DNA from: an uncultured Gammaproteobacteria bacterium | GTDB lineage: Bacteria; Pseudomonadota; Gammaproteobacteria; CAWCPV01 | Direction of reading: 5' to 3' | Length of the DNA stretch: 64,000 nucleotides | Assembly: GCA_963797555.1 (NCBI GenBank) | Contig: CAWCPV010000013.1 | Location: 32,001 to 96,000 of the forward strand | Shown here: in pieces, positions 41,703 to 52,943 of the stretch | Layout: every line of letters starts with the position of its first letter | How positions within the stretch are numbered: the stretch's first letter is position 1 | Made by a program: the position numbers and the translations under genes | The notes under the pieces: generated by a model | The model's input: the letters and a program-made list of their open reading frames with translations, nothing else | Told to the model about the DNA's origin: nothing | The model's database searches: none

Positions 41703-42457
41703 GAGCCGGGAGTGTACGACAAGCCGAGCGGCTCTGCTGCGCTGGACGCGCTCTTAACGCATCGATCAACTGGTGGGAGGGTCTGAACGGTTACTCGAGC
41801 ACAGCGTCAGCGGCGCGATTGAGGTCGTCGCCGACGAGGTGCAAACCGACCCGGTGGAAATTTACATCTCAGACAGCATCGTCGACGCCACCAGCGACAC
41901 GCGGTTCGCCGTCGGAGCGGCGAACCTGCCGCTCGCCTTCGCCAACCTCACCATACTGCGTACCACGGTGACCGGCGAGGTCAACACCCACGCCGTCACC
42001 CTGGCGGAGAACTCGATCTTCATGAGCCATATGCTGGTCGCGCGCCGGCAGCACGGCTGCGTGCGCTTCTGCTACGTCGTTCCCGGCTCGCGTACGCCGC
42101 GGCGCTACCACTGCCAGCCCGAACTGGCGGAAGCGGCGATCGAGGAAACCCTGCGCAGCGCGCCGCGTTCGGTCACCGACCCGCCGCTCACCGATGCGAT
42201 GATCGCCGACGCAAAACAGCGGGAAGACGTGCGCGTACGACCGAGATTCACCAGCACGCGCTACGGGCTTCCCGCTTATTGTCAACTCGCTTGCGATTGC
42301 GCCGACGAGATCAAGCGCGGTGCAGACGACGAGTCGGAAATGGGCGCGTTCCACGATCTCTATCAGCCGCAGCGTGAAGCGAACCTGCGCACGCGGCTGG
42401 ATGAACACACGCCGGCAGGGACGGAGGCCGGGATTTTGTTCGCGAACTAGGAGAACA

Positions 42458-43895
42458 ATGATGAAAGGCGATTTCACACGCGATACCTTCGATGCCGCCA
42501 AACACTTCAGTCGCGTGCTCATGCAGCAGGGCCGCGTGCAGTTGGACGCCGACTGGAATGAGCAGACCTCCATCTTGCTGCACTATCTGAGAACCTTGGC
42601 AGCGGACATCCTCGGGCCTTATGCCGGGCCGGCGGGTGCGATGGGGTTCGATCTCATCACCAAGGATGCACCCAATGCGGATGCGCGCATCGACGCCATG
42701 GAGCCCGACTCGGATCGGGCCAACTACCTCAAGCAGAAAGTGGCGGACGGCGACGTCGTGGTCGGCATCGGGCGCTACTACGTCCATGGCGTGCTGGTGG
42801 AAAATTACCGCGCGATTCTCTACAGCGAGCAGCTCGGCTATCCTTTCTCCGATGCAACCAAGCTGGAAAATCTCAAGGACAAATCTTTCATCGCCTATCT
42901 CGATGTATGGGAGCGGCTCGTCACCTATGTGCAGGACGGCCGCATTCGCGATGTGGCGCTGGGCGGCCCGGACACCTGCACCCGTGCCCAGGTGGTGTGG
43001 CAGTTGAAGGCATTGATTTCGTCCAGAGAACGCCGAGCAATTCGAATGCGCCTCGATCGAGGGGCTGCTCGAGCGTGCGATTCCTCCGCAGCTCAGAGCC
43101 CGTGCCAAGCTGGACAAGCCGCCCACGGCGTTGTGCGTGATCTCGCCGCAGTCGCGCTATCGCGGCGCGGAGAACCAACTCTACCGGGTGGAAGTGCACC
43201 AGGGCGGAACCGCCACGGGAGATGCGACCACCGGCACCTTCAAATGGTCGCGCGAAAACGGCTCGGTCGTCTTCCCGATCGTCTCGCTCAGTGGAACCAC
43301 CGTCGTCGTCGAGACTTTGGGGCGTGACGAATGCTTGTCGCTGAAGCCCGGTGACTGGGTGGAGGTCAGCGATGACGACATCGCCGTGGGCGGGCAGGCC
43401 GGCCCGTTGGCGCAAGTGGACACCATCGACCGCGACGCGCTGACCGTCACCCTCAAACTCCCGGACGGGGCGACGCCTCTCCCGTCCTACGCCGACACCG
43501 ATGCGCCCAGCAAACACCCCTTGCTCCGGCGCTGGGACCATGCCGGCGATCCGGCCGCCTACGGCGGCGAACTGCCCATCACCGAAGCAACGACTACAGA
43601 CCAGGGATGGATTCCACTGGAAGACGGGGTTCAGATCTGGTTGCCCAAGGGAGGAGAGTACAGGGCTGGAGACTATTGGCTGATACCGGCGCGCGTGGCG
43701 ACCGGCGATGTGGAGTGGCCGCCTGAACTCGACGGCAATGGCGTGCCGAAGCTCGACGCGGACGAGAATCCGATCCCAGCCGAGAAACCGCCCCATGGTC
43801 CCCACCACTTCTATGCGCCACTGGCTCTAGTGTCCGAGGGCGGCAATACCCCCCAGGACTGCCGCTGTCCCATCCAGCATCTGTCGTGCATGTGA
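42458..43895 (+). pseudogene. DUF6519-family CIS protein, frameshifted near 43030-43080
   Basis: MKGDFTRDTF...QQGRVQLDADWNEQ, GRYYV.G, YLDVWER, ALGGPDT; YRGAENQLYRVEVH, FKWSRENGSV, GDYWLIPAR. Confidence 0.82.
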
Positions 43896-44054
43896 ACCGA
43901 GTCGGGGCGCTCTCGGTAGCCCCTGGATCTCGAAGCGGAGAACGCGGCGCGGCAGGGCGGTTCACAAGCCGCTCAGGCAGACGGAGCTGACCGCAAGGAT
44001 CTGCGGGAACGCTTCCCTTATCCGAGGCGAGCGTCGCCGCGCAACGCTGCTATC

Positions 44055-44087
44055 GGGACGCGCGGCAAATTTGTTCAAAACCCTCAG
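44055..44087 (+). repeat. Dispersed short repeat end (MITE-like), copy 1
   Basis: GGGACGCGCGGC-N7-TTCAAAACCCTCAG, similar to copies at 50132 and 57033. Confidence 0.45.
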
Positions 44088-44199
44088 GGTCGCCCCAGCC
44101 CTCGGCGGTGCTATCCTGCCTGCCACTGGTCGGCATGCTTCGCCTGTGACGCCCTCTAGGGAGGAGATCCGCCGTGCCGCCGTCGGCCCTCGATTGGTC

Positions 44200-45576
44200 T
44201 CAAGGTGAGGGCTCGCGCCCCGTGCTCGCGCCGCTGGGCACCGGCCCCAACCCTTTTTCGCAGCGTGCGAACAGGTCGTGCTCCGACGCGCCAGTGACGG
44301 TGACCCTGAGGAAGTCGCCCGCCTTCGCGTCTCCCGTACCTTCGAGGTAGACCCTGCCGTCGATCTCGGGGGCGTCCATGGGACCCCGGGCGACGGCCTT
44401 GTCGGCGCGCACCTCGTCCACCAGCACCGTGAGATCCTGCCCCACCCGGCGGCGTAGCTTCTCGTGGCTTATCCGCTGCTGCAGCGCCATCAGGCACGCT
44501 CGGCGCTGCTCTTTGATCTCCTGCGACACGTGGCCGGGTAGGGCGTTCGCGGCCGCATGCTGCACCGGCGAGTACCCAAAACACCCCACGCGGTCAAGCT
44601 GGGCCTCCTCCAAGAAGTCGAGCAGCTCACCGAATTCTGCCTCGGTCTCACCGGGAAAACCCACGATAAAGGTGCTGCGCACGGTGATGTCCGGACAGAC
44701 CTGGCGCCAGGCGCGGATGCGCCTGAGCACCCGCTCGCTGCTTGCGGGGCGGCACATGGCCTTCAAGATGCGCGGGCTTGCGTGCTGCAGGGGTACGTCC
44801 AGATAGGGGAGTACCTTGCCTTCGGCCATAAGGGGTAACAAGTCGTCCACGTGGGGATAGGGGTAGACATAGTGAAGCCGCACCCACGCTCCCAGCTCCC
44901 CGAGGGAGCGGGCCAACTCGTACAGACGGGTCTTGACCGGGCGACCGCGCCAGAAGCCGGTGCGATAGCCGATATCCAACCCGTAGGCGCTGGTATCCTG
45001 CGCGATAACGAGCAACTCCTTGACTCCCGCCCTCACGAGGTTCTCCGCCTCCTGCAACACCTCTGCGACCGGGCGGCTCACCAGGTCGCCGCGCAGAGAG
45101 GGGATGATGCAGAAGGAGCAGCGGTGGTTGCATCCCTCGGATACCTTGAGGTAGGCGTAGTGGCCCGGGGTCAGCTTGATGCCTTGCGGCGGGACCAGAC
45201 TGGTGAACGGATCGTGCAGGGGAGGGAGGTAGGCATGTACGGCCGCCATCACCTCTTGCAGAGCATGCGGGCCGGTGACGGCCAGGACCTGCGGGTGGCA
45301 CTCCCGCACCGTGTCGGCGCGAAATCCCAGACAGCCGGTCACGATGACGCGCCCGTTCTCCGTCAGAGCCTCCCCGATGGCCTCCAGGGACTCCTCGACG
45401 GCCTCGTCGATGAAGCCGCAGGTGTTTACCACGACGAGATCGGCCTCCCGGTAGGTGGGCACGACCGCGTAACCCTCTGCCCGCAGTTGGGTCAGGACGC
45501 GCTCCGAGTCTACCAGGGCCTTCGGGCAGCCGAGGCTCACAAAACCGACCCGAGGCTCCTTAGCCACTCCTGCCAT
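44200..45576 (-). CDS. rimO: Ribosomal protein S12 methylthiotransferase
   Basis: [19 protein letters not shown], radical-SAM motif [20 protein letters not shown]. Confidence 0.96.
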   Translation of the reverse strand: MAGVAKEPRVGFVSLGCPKALVDSERVLTQLRAEGYAVVPTYREADLVVVNTCGFIDEAVEESLEAIGEALTENGRVIVTGCLGFRADTVRECHPQVLAVTGPHALQEVMAAVHAYLPPLHDPFTSLVPPQGIKLTPGHYAYLKVSEGCNHRCSFCIIPSLRGDLVSRPVAEVLQEAENLVRAGVKELLVIAQDTSAYGLDIGYRTGFWRGRPVKTRLYELARSLGELGAWVRLHYVYPYPHVDDLLPLMAEGKVLPYLDVPLQHASPRILKAMCRPASSERVLRRIRAWRQVCPDITVRSTFIVGFPGETEAEFGELLDFLEEAQLDRVGCFGYSPVQHAAANALPGHVSQEIKEQRRACLMALQQRISHEKLRRRVGQDLTVLVDEVRADKAVARGPMDAPEIDGRVYLEGTGDAKAGDFLRVTVTGASEHDLFARCEKGLGPVPSGASTGREPSP

Positions 45577-45994
45577 CCAAGAGTGAGGCCAGCCACCGGT
45601 CCGCCCGCAGCACCAGCGTCGCCCCGCCACCCACCGAAGCCGAGACTGCCAGGCCGACCCCGGCGCCATCCGCCACCATGTCCATGACCTCGAATGTCCG
45701 ATAGGAGGTCATCCCCTGAAGGCATTCCATGAGGACACCCAATGCAGCGGCGGTCAGGGCCACCACCCAGTGGTAGCGCCGCACATAAAGCTGGCAATAC
45801 CAGCCCGCCAGAACGAAATAGGCGACGAGATGCTCGAGCTTGTCGCTCTCCGCCAAGGTGATCTGGATGGGCCTCGGCGTGAGCGACAGATACACGATGG
45901 TCGCGACCAGCCCCCAACCGATGGAGGTCCACGGGCCTGCATATCGCACGGGCCAGCGGGCCGACGAACGGGGATCGGGGCGAAAGGGGGTCAC
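45560..45994 (-). CDS. VanZ-family membrane protein
   Basis: [14 protein letters not shown]...YRTFE..D.VAD..G. Confidence 0.8.
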   Translation of the reverse strand: MTPFRPDPRSSARWPVRYAGPWTSIGWGLVATIVYLSLTPRPIQITLAESDKLEHLVAYFVLAGWYCQLYVRRYHWVVALTAAALGVLMECLQGMTSYRTFEVMDMVADGAGVGLAVSASVGGGATLVLRADRWLASLLDGRSG

Positions 45995-46085
45995 TGGGTT
46001 TCGGCTAGACCGTCACGCCGCGCCGGACGATGATGACTGCGGTGCGCCGCTCTTGCCACAGCACGCCGCGCCGCCGTCGAGAATC

Positions 46086-47606
46086 TCAGCGCCAGAACGT
46101 TCTCTGCTCGGCGAACCGTTCCCATGCAACCGGGAGATCTGCCAGCAGGCGTTGCGTCCGACAGGCGTGCCAACCTTGTACGAGGCGCCCCGCGGGCGTG
46201 TCGGCGAGGCCGAGATCCCGCAGCCGGGACGCCGCGACGGCTCCGTCGTTCAGCCCTCCCAGGATGCTCTGCAGCCGTGCCAAGGCCTTTAGATACCGCC
46301 GGGCGCGCCCGGACGGGTAGATTTCCGTCAAGGATTCCGCCGTGTAGCGCAGCTTCTTGACTCGGATACGCAGCCGGTGACGCTCCTCGGCCGTCAATGC
46401 CTGCGCCTGCTGACCGGCCCTGCGCAATTTGTGATGCCGCTCCTCCAGGATGCTGCCAGCGAACCCGACCAGCGGTGCATCCAACTGCTGGCGTTGCAAC
46501 GGCGTCATCGCCTCGCGCCATCGGCGCCCGACCAGCCACCGCCCCATGCTCAGCAAGAGCGTGGTGTACCGAGAGGACCGGAAGGCCGCCAAGGCACGCT
46601 CCCACCCGTCGTCGACCGCTTGGTGGACGGCCGACTGCAGGTCCAGTACGGTCTCGTCCACCGGCACCACGCTCGACAAAGGCACGAGGGTCTCTTGCTG
46701 CAACACGTCCCAGTCTCGCAGCGGCGCCAGCTCGCGGTTCAGCCACTTGGCCTCCTCTTCCAGCGCGCGGCTGGCGCGCCGCGGAACAATCGGGCGAAAC
46801 AGGCTCAGGGCGGCCCGGAGCCGACGCAGCGCCACCCGCACTTGATGGATGCCCTCCCCGTCCCGGAGAACCGTTACCGCGTGATCGTTGCCTTCCAGAT
46901 GCTCCAGGCAGCTGAACAGAATCGCGGCAAACGCGTCCTCGATGCCGATGTCGCGGATCAGCCCGACCGTCGTCGCCTTGGCCACCCCAGGGGTGGCATC
47001 GCCGCTCAGCAGAGCGTATCCACGCTCGGCCTTGGAGCGGTTCTCGACGGACATGTGGACGTCCGGAGCCAGGGCCAGCGCCAAGTCATAGAGCGCGTGC
47101 GCGTGCCCCCGTTTCAGCTCCAACTCCACCTCGCAGAGCGCCTGTGCGTGCTCCCCCGCGCGGATCTCGCCGTGGTCGACCGCCAGCTCGATCTGGGAGC
47201 CGTCCCCCCAGTGCAACGTGCGCGCGCTGCGCCAGAAGTCGGTGACGAACGCTGGCCGCAGCGCCGCGCGGGCAAGCATTTCGCGCACGTCCTCATCGGG
47301 GACCTTCTCTAACTCGAAGGCGGGCCCCGTCACCGGCTGTTCCCATTCGGAACGCTGGTGCAGCCCAAGGCGCGTCTGACCGTCTCCCTTGACGGCCTGC
47401 AGCCAGTGGCCGCCTGCCTTTCGCAGGCGGGCGGCCATGCCCCGCGCCCGCAGTTCGAGGTCGGGCGTATCGTAGTAAATGCTCACCAAGTGGCGGCGGA
47501 CGGCCGCACCGCGCGTCGCGGCGCGCACCACCGGGTGCCCTGTGACGCGCCGGGTCTGGGCGGGATGCAGACGAAGCTTCAGCTCCGTCTCGGCGGCATC
47601 GTTCAC
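46086..47606 (-). CDS. CYTH + CHAD domain protein (inorganic triphosphatase-like)
   Basis: ETELK, YYDTPD, EVELEL, SKAERGY; H..RV..RRLR, RD.DV, H.LRI..KKLRY, LQ..LG..ND. Confidence 0.9.
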   Translation of the reverse strand: MNDAAETELKLRLHPAQTRRVTGHPVVRAATRGAAVRRHLVSIYYDTPDLELRARGMAARLRKAGGHWLQAVKGDGQTRLGLHQRSEWEQPVTGPAFELEKVPDEDVREMLARAALRPAFVTDFWRSARTLHWGDGSQIELAVDHGEIRAGEHAQALCEVELELKRGHAHALYDLALALAPDVHMSVENRSKAERGYALLSGDATPGVAKATTVGLIRDIGIEDAFAAILFSCLEHLEGNDHAVTVLRDGEGIHQVRVALRRLRAALSLFRPIVPRRASRALEEEAKWLNRELAPLRDWDVLQQETLVPLSSVVPVDETVLDLQSAVHQAVDDGWERALAAFRSSRYTTLLLSMGRWLVGRRWREAMTPLQRQQLDAPLVGFAGSILEERHHKLRRAGQQAQALTAEERHRLRIRVKKLRYTAESLTEIYPSGRARRYLKALARLQSILGGLNDGAVAASRLRDLGLADTPAGRLVQGWHACRTQRLLADLPVAWERFAEQRTFWR

Positions 47607-48310
47607 TGCAGCTCTACGGCGCCCCGGACAGTCGCGCGCAAGCTCTCCTCGGCCGGCCGCCCAGGCGGGGGTGCGGGCCGCGGGGGCGGCTCTTTCTCAG
47701 CGGGCTCGACGGTGACCTCCAAGGCGGTCACCCGATAACTGCTCGCCTTGAGCGCCTTCTGGACCAGATCGGCGCGCACCAGAAACGCCTTGACCGCGTC
47801 TTCTACCAGCTTGTCCTCCGCCCGACGCCGCTCCTGAGGGGACAGCGAGAACCCCACCGACTTGACGAAAGCCTTGCCCTGCAACCGACCCAGAACGTCC
47901 TCCAGCGCCGGGAACTGCGTACTGCTCAGATAGATTTCCTGCACACCCCGCCAGTGGCTGAAGCGATAGGGATCATAGCGGTCGTAGATAGGGTAGGTGC
48001 GATAGGCCCCGGTCGTCACTTGGATATAGGGAGACTCCTGTGCCGTCTTCACCGCGCCGGCCACGCTCTGGCGAACTGAGTCCGCGAGGCGCGCCAAGTC
48101 GCGTTCCTCGGCCTCGATGCTGAGGACCGCCTCCATGGTATCGTTCGCTACATCTCGCACGGTGGTGACCACCAGCTTCACCGGAGTGGGGCTACCCGCG
48201 GGCGTCTCCTTGCCGGCACCGGAAAAGTCGAACTCTGCCGCGGCGCTCCGCGCGGCGATACCCGCGAGCAACAGTACGGGCAGGAGGCTAAGAGGAAGCA
48301 ATCGCTTCAT
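47603..48310 (-). CDS. SIMPL (DUF541) periplasmic protein
   Basis: Signal peptide; V.ND.M...L, Y..YP.Y, FSLS. Confidence 0.7.
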   Translation of the reverse strand: MKRLLPLSLLPVLLLAGIAARSAAAEFDFSGAGKETPAGSPTPVKLVVTTVRDVANDTMEAVLSIEAEERDLARLADSVRQSVAGAVKTAQESPYIQVTTGAYRTYPIYDRYDPYRFSHWRGVQEIYLSSTQFPALEDVLGRLQGKAFVKSVGFSLSPQERRRAEDKLVEDAVKAFLVRADLVQKALKASSYRVTALEVTVEPAEKEPPPRPAPPPGRPAEESLRATVRGAVELQ

Positions 48311-48670
48311 GGCAGGTTTCCTTGAGATCGGGCGTACCGGCGCCTAATCTTATGAATTGGCTGACATACCCTCACGAAATGAAGCAGTCTACCACACGCA
48401 CCCGGCGGGCGGGAGGACGACCCGTGGGGCCCGAGATCCCTCGCGTCTGCGCCATCGACGCCTCCCCGCCGTCGCGCAATGTCATGGGGTCCAATCCGCA
48501 CGACGGGGCCCGGTCGCGACCTTTCCGCTCGGGCCGTTCTGGGCGTTCCAAGCTGGAGGTGCCCGCTGAGCCCTGGGCTGCATGCGCCGAGCGAGCCAAC
48601 CGTTCGAGCGGGCGGATACTCGAGAGTGCCCCCGAGCGGCGAACGTCACTCCTGGCCAAAGGAGGTTGAA

Positions 48671-49900
48671 GTGAAGGACGAATACGACCCTGATGCGCTG
48701 TCCGTCGAAGAAGCGCTACACCGCATCGAGGCGGACATCCGACCCATCGGCGGGTTCGAGTGGCTGCCGATCAGGGACTCGCTCGAGCGCGTCCTTGCCG
48801 CAAACGTCCGCTCCCCCATCAACGTCCCGACGCACGCCAACTCGGCGATGGACGGATATGCGGTGGCGAGCGCCGACCTGGCGAACGATGGCGTGCGGGA
48901 GCTGGCCATCGTCGGAACGGCATTCGCCGGCAGGCCCTACGCCGGCACGGTGCACGCCGGCGAGTGTGCACGCATCATGACCGGGGGAGTAATCCCGAGC
49001 GGGACCGACACGGTCGTCCGGCAGGAGGACGTGGAACGCCTGGAGGGCGCGGTGCGCATCGGGCCGGGCCACCAGCCCGGGCAAAATGTCCGCCGCGCCG
49101 GCGAAGACATCGCCGCGGGGCAAATCGTCCTGAGGGCCGGGCACCGAGTGCGGCCGGCGGATACCGGTCTCCTCGCATCTCTCGGCGTCGCGGAGGTGAC
49201 GGTGCGGCGCAGGGTCAGGGTCGCCTTCTTCTCCACGGGCGATGAGTTGCGTTCTCTGGGAGAGCCGCTCCGGCCCGGAGAGGTCTACGACAGCAACCGC
49301 TACACGCTGCACAGTATGCTGCGGCGGCAGGGCGCTTCCCTCATCGACATGGGCGTGGTGCGCGACCAGCCGGAAGACCTGCAACGCGCGTTCCAGGAGG
49401 CCGCTGCCGTCGCAGACATACTGATCACGTCCGGCGGCGTCTCGGTCGGTGAGGCCGACTACGTGAAGGAGACCCTGGAACGTTTGGGCCAGGTGAGCTT
49501 CTGGAAGATCTCCATGAAGCCCGGCCGACCGCTCGCCTTCGGACGCGTGCAGGATGCCCTTTTCTTCGGCCTGCCGGGCAACCCGGTGTCGGTGATGGTG
49601 ACCTTCTACCAGTTCGTGCTGCACGCCCTGCAGCGCCTCAGCGGAGAGCTGCCTCGGCCGCGCCTGCGTCTGCGGGTGCCGTGCATCTCGCGGCTCAGGA
49701 AGACGGTTGGGCGCACCGACTTCCAGCGCGGGGTACTCGATGCGGGTTCAGACGGACGGCTGGTCGTCCGTTCGACCGGCCCGCAAGGCTCCGGGATCCT
49801 CAGTTCGATGAGTCAGGCCAACTGCTTCATTATCCTGCCCCAGGAGCAGGGCGACTTGGAGCCAGGCACCGAGGTGGAAGTGGAGCCCTTTGCGGCCTGA
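48671..49900 (+). CDS. moeA: Molybdopterin molybdenumtransferase
   Basis: GGAGG RBS; SAMDGYA, IMTG, STGDEL, SGGVSVG, MKPGRP, GLPGNP. Confidence 0.95.
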   Translation: MKDEYDPDALSVEEALHRIEADIRPIGGFEWLPIRDSLERVLAANVRSPINVPTHANSAMDGYAVASADLANDGVRELAIVGTAFAGRPYAGTVHAGECARIMTGGVIPSGTDTVVRQEDVERLEGAVRIGPGHQPGQNVRRAGEDIAAGQIVLRAGHRVRPADTGLLASLGVAEVTVRRRVRVAFFSTGDELRSLGEPLRPGEVYDSNRYTLHSMLRRQGASLIDMGVVRDQPEDLQRAFQEAAAVADILITSGGVSVGEADYVKETLERLGQVSFWKISMKPGRPLAFGRVQDALFFGLPGNPVSVMVTFYQFVLHALQRLSGELPRPRLRLRVPCISRLRKTVGRTDFQRGVLDAGSDGRLVVRSTGPQGSGILSSMSQANCFIILPQEQGDLEPGTEVEVEPFAA

Positions 49901-49959
49901 TTTGAGGCCAGGGAAGCGGGGTCGGAGGGCATCGCGGACCGGTGGCGGGTAAAACGCCC

Positions 49960-50164
49960 TCAGAGCTTGTGGAGAAAACGTCCCAAACGGCCCGAGAGCA
50001 AGGCGCACCTCTCAACCAGATAGGCGAGGAGCGACCGAATGGCAGCATAGCCATTCCGCACGTCCGCGGGACGCCCCAAGGGGGTGGCGTACGGGGAGGT
50101 CGCCATGAGCACCGCGCAGCACCGGCTTATCGGGACGCGCAGCGCACCTCTTCACGAGATCTGA
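49960..50164. repeat. MITE-like intergenic element, copy 2
   Basis: Imperfect inverted ends TCAGAGCTTGTGGA ... TTCACGAGATCTGA, with the GGGACGCGCAGC subterminal motif. Confidence 0.45.
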
Positions 50165-50365
50165 TGCCTGATCGGGTCACACTCCGTTTCTGCGCCGAAT
50201 GCGCATGCACGAGCGACAACCCGGTCCGCCACGCCCCTCGGTCATTTGCGCCGGGCAGCTCGCGGGCCCCACGACAGCGGGTAGAGTGGTGGTTGCGTAC
50301 TGGATATCTCCTATAATGCTGTGGGACCCGGAGCCGAGCCACCTGCGCGACGAGGCGCTCCTGCC

Positions 50366-51043
50366 ATGCCTGTACACGATCTCCCCGAACTTAGAGAAAA
50401 GACGCGGGTCTTCGAGGACCGCAACGAGGCGGGCCGCCTGCTGGCCGGCATGCTCGCAGCTCTGCGCGGCAGTGCCACCCTGGTGCTGGCGATTCCCGCC
50501 GGGGGCGTTCCGGTCGCCGCGCAGGTTGCGGAAGCCCTGGATCTGCCCCTGGACGTGGCCGTCGTGAGCAAGATCACCTTTCCCTGGAACCCTGAGTCGG
50601 GCTACGGTGCCGTAGCTTTCGACGGCACCGTCAAGCTGCAGCAGGGTATGATCTTCAATATGGGTCTCGTGGAGACGGACATCAGCCAAGGCAAACAGCA
50701 GACCCTGGACAAGGTGAGGCGGCGCCTGAAGGATCTCCGCGGCCAGCGCCCTTTTCCGGAACTGAAGGGACAGACCGTGGTGCTGATGGACGACGGACTC
50801 GCCTCCGGGATGACGATGGAGACCGCTGTCGAAGCCCTGCAGCGGGCGGGCGCCGAGCGTATCGTAGTGGCGGTGCCCACGGGGCATGAGGCTGCCGTCC
50901 AGAGGATCGCCGAGAAGGTAGACGATGTGTTTTGCGCCAATGTCCGCGGCGGATGGGGCTTCGCGGTGGCCGATGCTTACCGGCACTGGACCGACGTTCG
51001 GGAGCACGAGGCGCTGGAGATCTTGAACCGCGTCAGCGGCTGA
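50366..51043 (+). CDS. Type I phosphoribosyltransferase
   Basis: F.DR.EAG..LA, AIP.GGVPV, VVLMDDGLASG.TM, AVP. Confidence 0.88.
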   Translation: MPVHDLPELREKTRVFEDRNEAGRLLAGMLAALRGSATLVLAIPAGGVPVAAQVAEALDLPLDVAVVSKITFPWNPESGYGAVAFDGTVKLQQGMIFNMGLVETDISQGKQQTLDKVRRRLKDLRGQRPFPELKGQTVVLMDDGLASGMTMETAVEALQRAGAERIVVAVPTGHEAAVQRIAEKVDDVFCANVRGGWGFAVADAYRHWTDVREHEALEILNRVSG

Positions 51044-51067
51044 GCCGCGACCGGTGAGGGCGGCACC

Positions 51068-51496
51068 ATGACCGCGCATCGATCGCGCTGGGAGCACTTC
51101 TCCCACGGCGCCGATATCGGCATACGGGGTATCGGCGGCACACGCGAGCAGGCATTCGCCGCGGCCGCGACTGCGCTCACCGCCGTAGTCACCGATTCCG
51201 CCCAGGTTGCCCCGCGGGAGGCCGTCCAAATCCATGTTACGGCCGGGGATGACGAGACACTGCTGGTGGGGTGGCTCAACGAACTGGTCTACGAAATGGC
51301 GACACGCCAAGTTTTGTTTGGGCGCTTCGAGGTTCGCATCGAGGACGGGGACCTTGCCGCCACTGCATGGGGCGAGCCCGTCGACGTCGACAGGCACCAA
51401 CCGGCAGTCGAGGTGAAAGGGGCCACCTACACGGAGCTGAAGGTGGTGCGCATGGACGACGGCGCGTGGCTCGCCCAGTGCGTCGTCGACGTCTGA
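51068..51496 (+). CDS. Archease
   Basis: H.ADIG, WLNEL, EVKGATY, C-terminal VVDV. Confidence 0.93.
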   Translation: MTAHRSRWEHFSHGADIGIRGIGGTREQAFAAAATALTAVVTDSAQVAPREAVQIHVTAGDDETLLVGWLNELVYEMATRQVLFGRFEVRIEDGDLAATAWGEPVDVDRHQPAVEVKGATYTELKVVRMDDGAWLAQCVVDV

Positions 51497-51509
51497 GGAG
51501 GGAACCGCA

Positions 51510-52940
51510 ATGGACGCCAGCCGTCTGACGCGAAAATCCAGCTACGAGTGGCACATCCCACCGACCGGCCACATGCACGTGCCCGCGGTGATCTATGCCG
51601 ATGAACCGCTCATCGGGGCCATGGACGAAAAGGTGCGGGAGCAGGTGTGTAACGTGGCCAGCCTGCCCGGGATCGTGCAAGCCGCCTATTGTATGCCGGA
51701 TGCCCACTGGGGTTACGGCTTCCCCATCGGCGGCGTGGCCGCCTTCGACCCCGACGAAGGGGGTGTCGTATCTGCAGGGGGCGTGGGGTTCGACATTTCC
51801 TGCGGCGTGCGGACGCTGCATACGGGTCTCGGCGCTCAGGACATCGAGGCGGTGAAGCCGACCCTGGCCGACGCTCTCTTCTACCACATCCCCGCGGGCG
51901 TCGGCAGCACCGGCAGGATCCGTCTTTCGCCGACGGAGATGGATGCCATGCTGGCGGGCGGGGCGCGCTGGGCCGTGGACCGCGGCTACGGCTGGGAGGA
52001 GGATCTGGAGCGCATCGAGGGGCATGGGCGCGCGGCCGCAGCGCGGCCCGACCAAGTCTCCGACCGCGCGAAGAAGCGCCAGGAGAAGGAGATGGGCACC
52101 CTGGGCTCGGGCAACCACTACTTGGAGGTGCAGGAGGTCGCCCGCGTTTACGATGCGCACATCGCCGAGGGCTATGGACTGCATGAGGGCGAAGTGGTCA
52201 TCAGCATCCACTGCGGATCGCGGGGGCTCGGGCACCAGATCGGGACCGATTTCCTCAAACGCATGGTGGAGGCCGCGGCCGATTACGGCATACGGCTCCC
52301 GGACCGGGAGCTGGCCTGTGCGCCGCTCAACTCCTCCCTGGGCCAGTCTTACCTCGGGGCGATGCGGGCCGGCATCAACTGCGCCCTGGCCAACCGTCAG
52401 ATCATCACCGACCTCACCCGGGAGGCAGTGTCGCGGGTGCTGCCCGAAGCGAGGCTGACGCTCCTCTACGACGTTTCCCACAACACCTGCAAGGAGGAGG
52501 AGCACTGGGTGAACGGCAGGCCGCGGCGCCTCTTCGTACACCGCAAGGGTGCCACCCGGGCCTTCGGACCCGGCCACTCCGAGCTGCCGCAAGCGCTGCG
52601 CCCCTTGGGTCAGCCGGTGCTCATCGGCGGCAGCATGGGGACGGCGTCCTATGTCCTCGCGGGCACCGAGGAGAGCATGTCGCTCGCCTTCGGTTCCGCT
52701 TGCCACGGCGCCGGGCGCAGCCTGAGCCGTCACGCCGCGACGCGCCGGTGGCGGGGGCGCGAGGTGGTCGACGAGCTGGCGGAGCGCGGCATCCTGATTC
52801 GCAGCCACTCCTACCGCGGAGTCGCGGAAGAGGCGCCTGGGGCATATAAGGACGTGACTGCGGTGGTCGAGGCGGCGCACGAAGCGGGTCTCGCCCGGAT
52901 TGTGGCGCGTCTGACGCCCATGGTCTGCGTGAAAGGCTGA
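51510..52940 (+). CDS. rtcB: RNA ligase RtcB (archaeal-like)
   Basis: PDAHWGYG, GFDISCG, GTLGSGNHYLE, HCGSRG, YDVSHN, HRKGAT, CHGAGR. Confidence 0.96.
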   Translation: MDASRLTRKSSYEWHIPPTGHMHVPAVIYADEPLIGAMDEKVREQVCNVASLPGIVQAAYCMPDAHWGYGFPIGGVAAFDPDEGGVVSAGGVGFDISCGVRTLHTGLGAQDIEAVKPTLADALFYHIPAGVGSTGRIRLSPTEMDAMLAGGARWAVDRGYGWEEDLERIEGHGRAAAARPDQVSDRAKKRQEKEMGTLGSGNHYLEVQEVARVYDAHIAEGYGLHEGEVVISIHCGSRGLGHQIGTDFLKRMVEAAADYGIRLPDRELACAPLNSSLGQSYLGAMRAGINCALANRQIITDLTREAVSRVLPEARLTLLYDVSHNTCKEEEHWVNGRPRRLFVHRKGATRAFGPGHSELPQALRPLGQPVLIGGSMGTASYVLAGTEESMSLAFGSACHGAGRSLSRHAATRRWRGREVVDELAERGILIRSHSYRGVAEEAPGAYKDVTAVVEAAHEAGLARIVARLTPMVCVKG

Positions 52941-52943
52941 GCC

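Larger units (their letters stand above)
39105..41794. mobile_element. IS66-family element carrying a DUF4338 gene
   Basis: IRs GTAACCGTTCA / TGAACGGTTAC; 8-bp duplication TCGAGCAC (39097-39104, 41795-41802). Confidence 0.9.
36650..42450 (+). pseudogene. Disrupted CIS baseplate/tail protein (Afp12-like) in three pieces
   Basis: RKGTLALLE...GWPARAVEF...RYNIPSVG (36650-37223); ADLSDW...VAVDP.RGRI (38293-39104); GC.RF.YV..GSRTPRRY.CQP...ESEMGAFH (41795-42450); 5' end missing. Confidence 0.8.

Noticed and set aside
48311-48670. Moco riboswitch or other ncRNA upstream of moeA
   Set aside because: No conserved structure recognisable by eye; an Rfam/Infernal scan would be needed.
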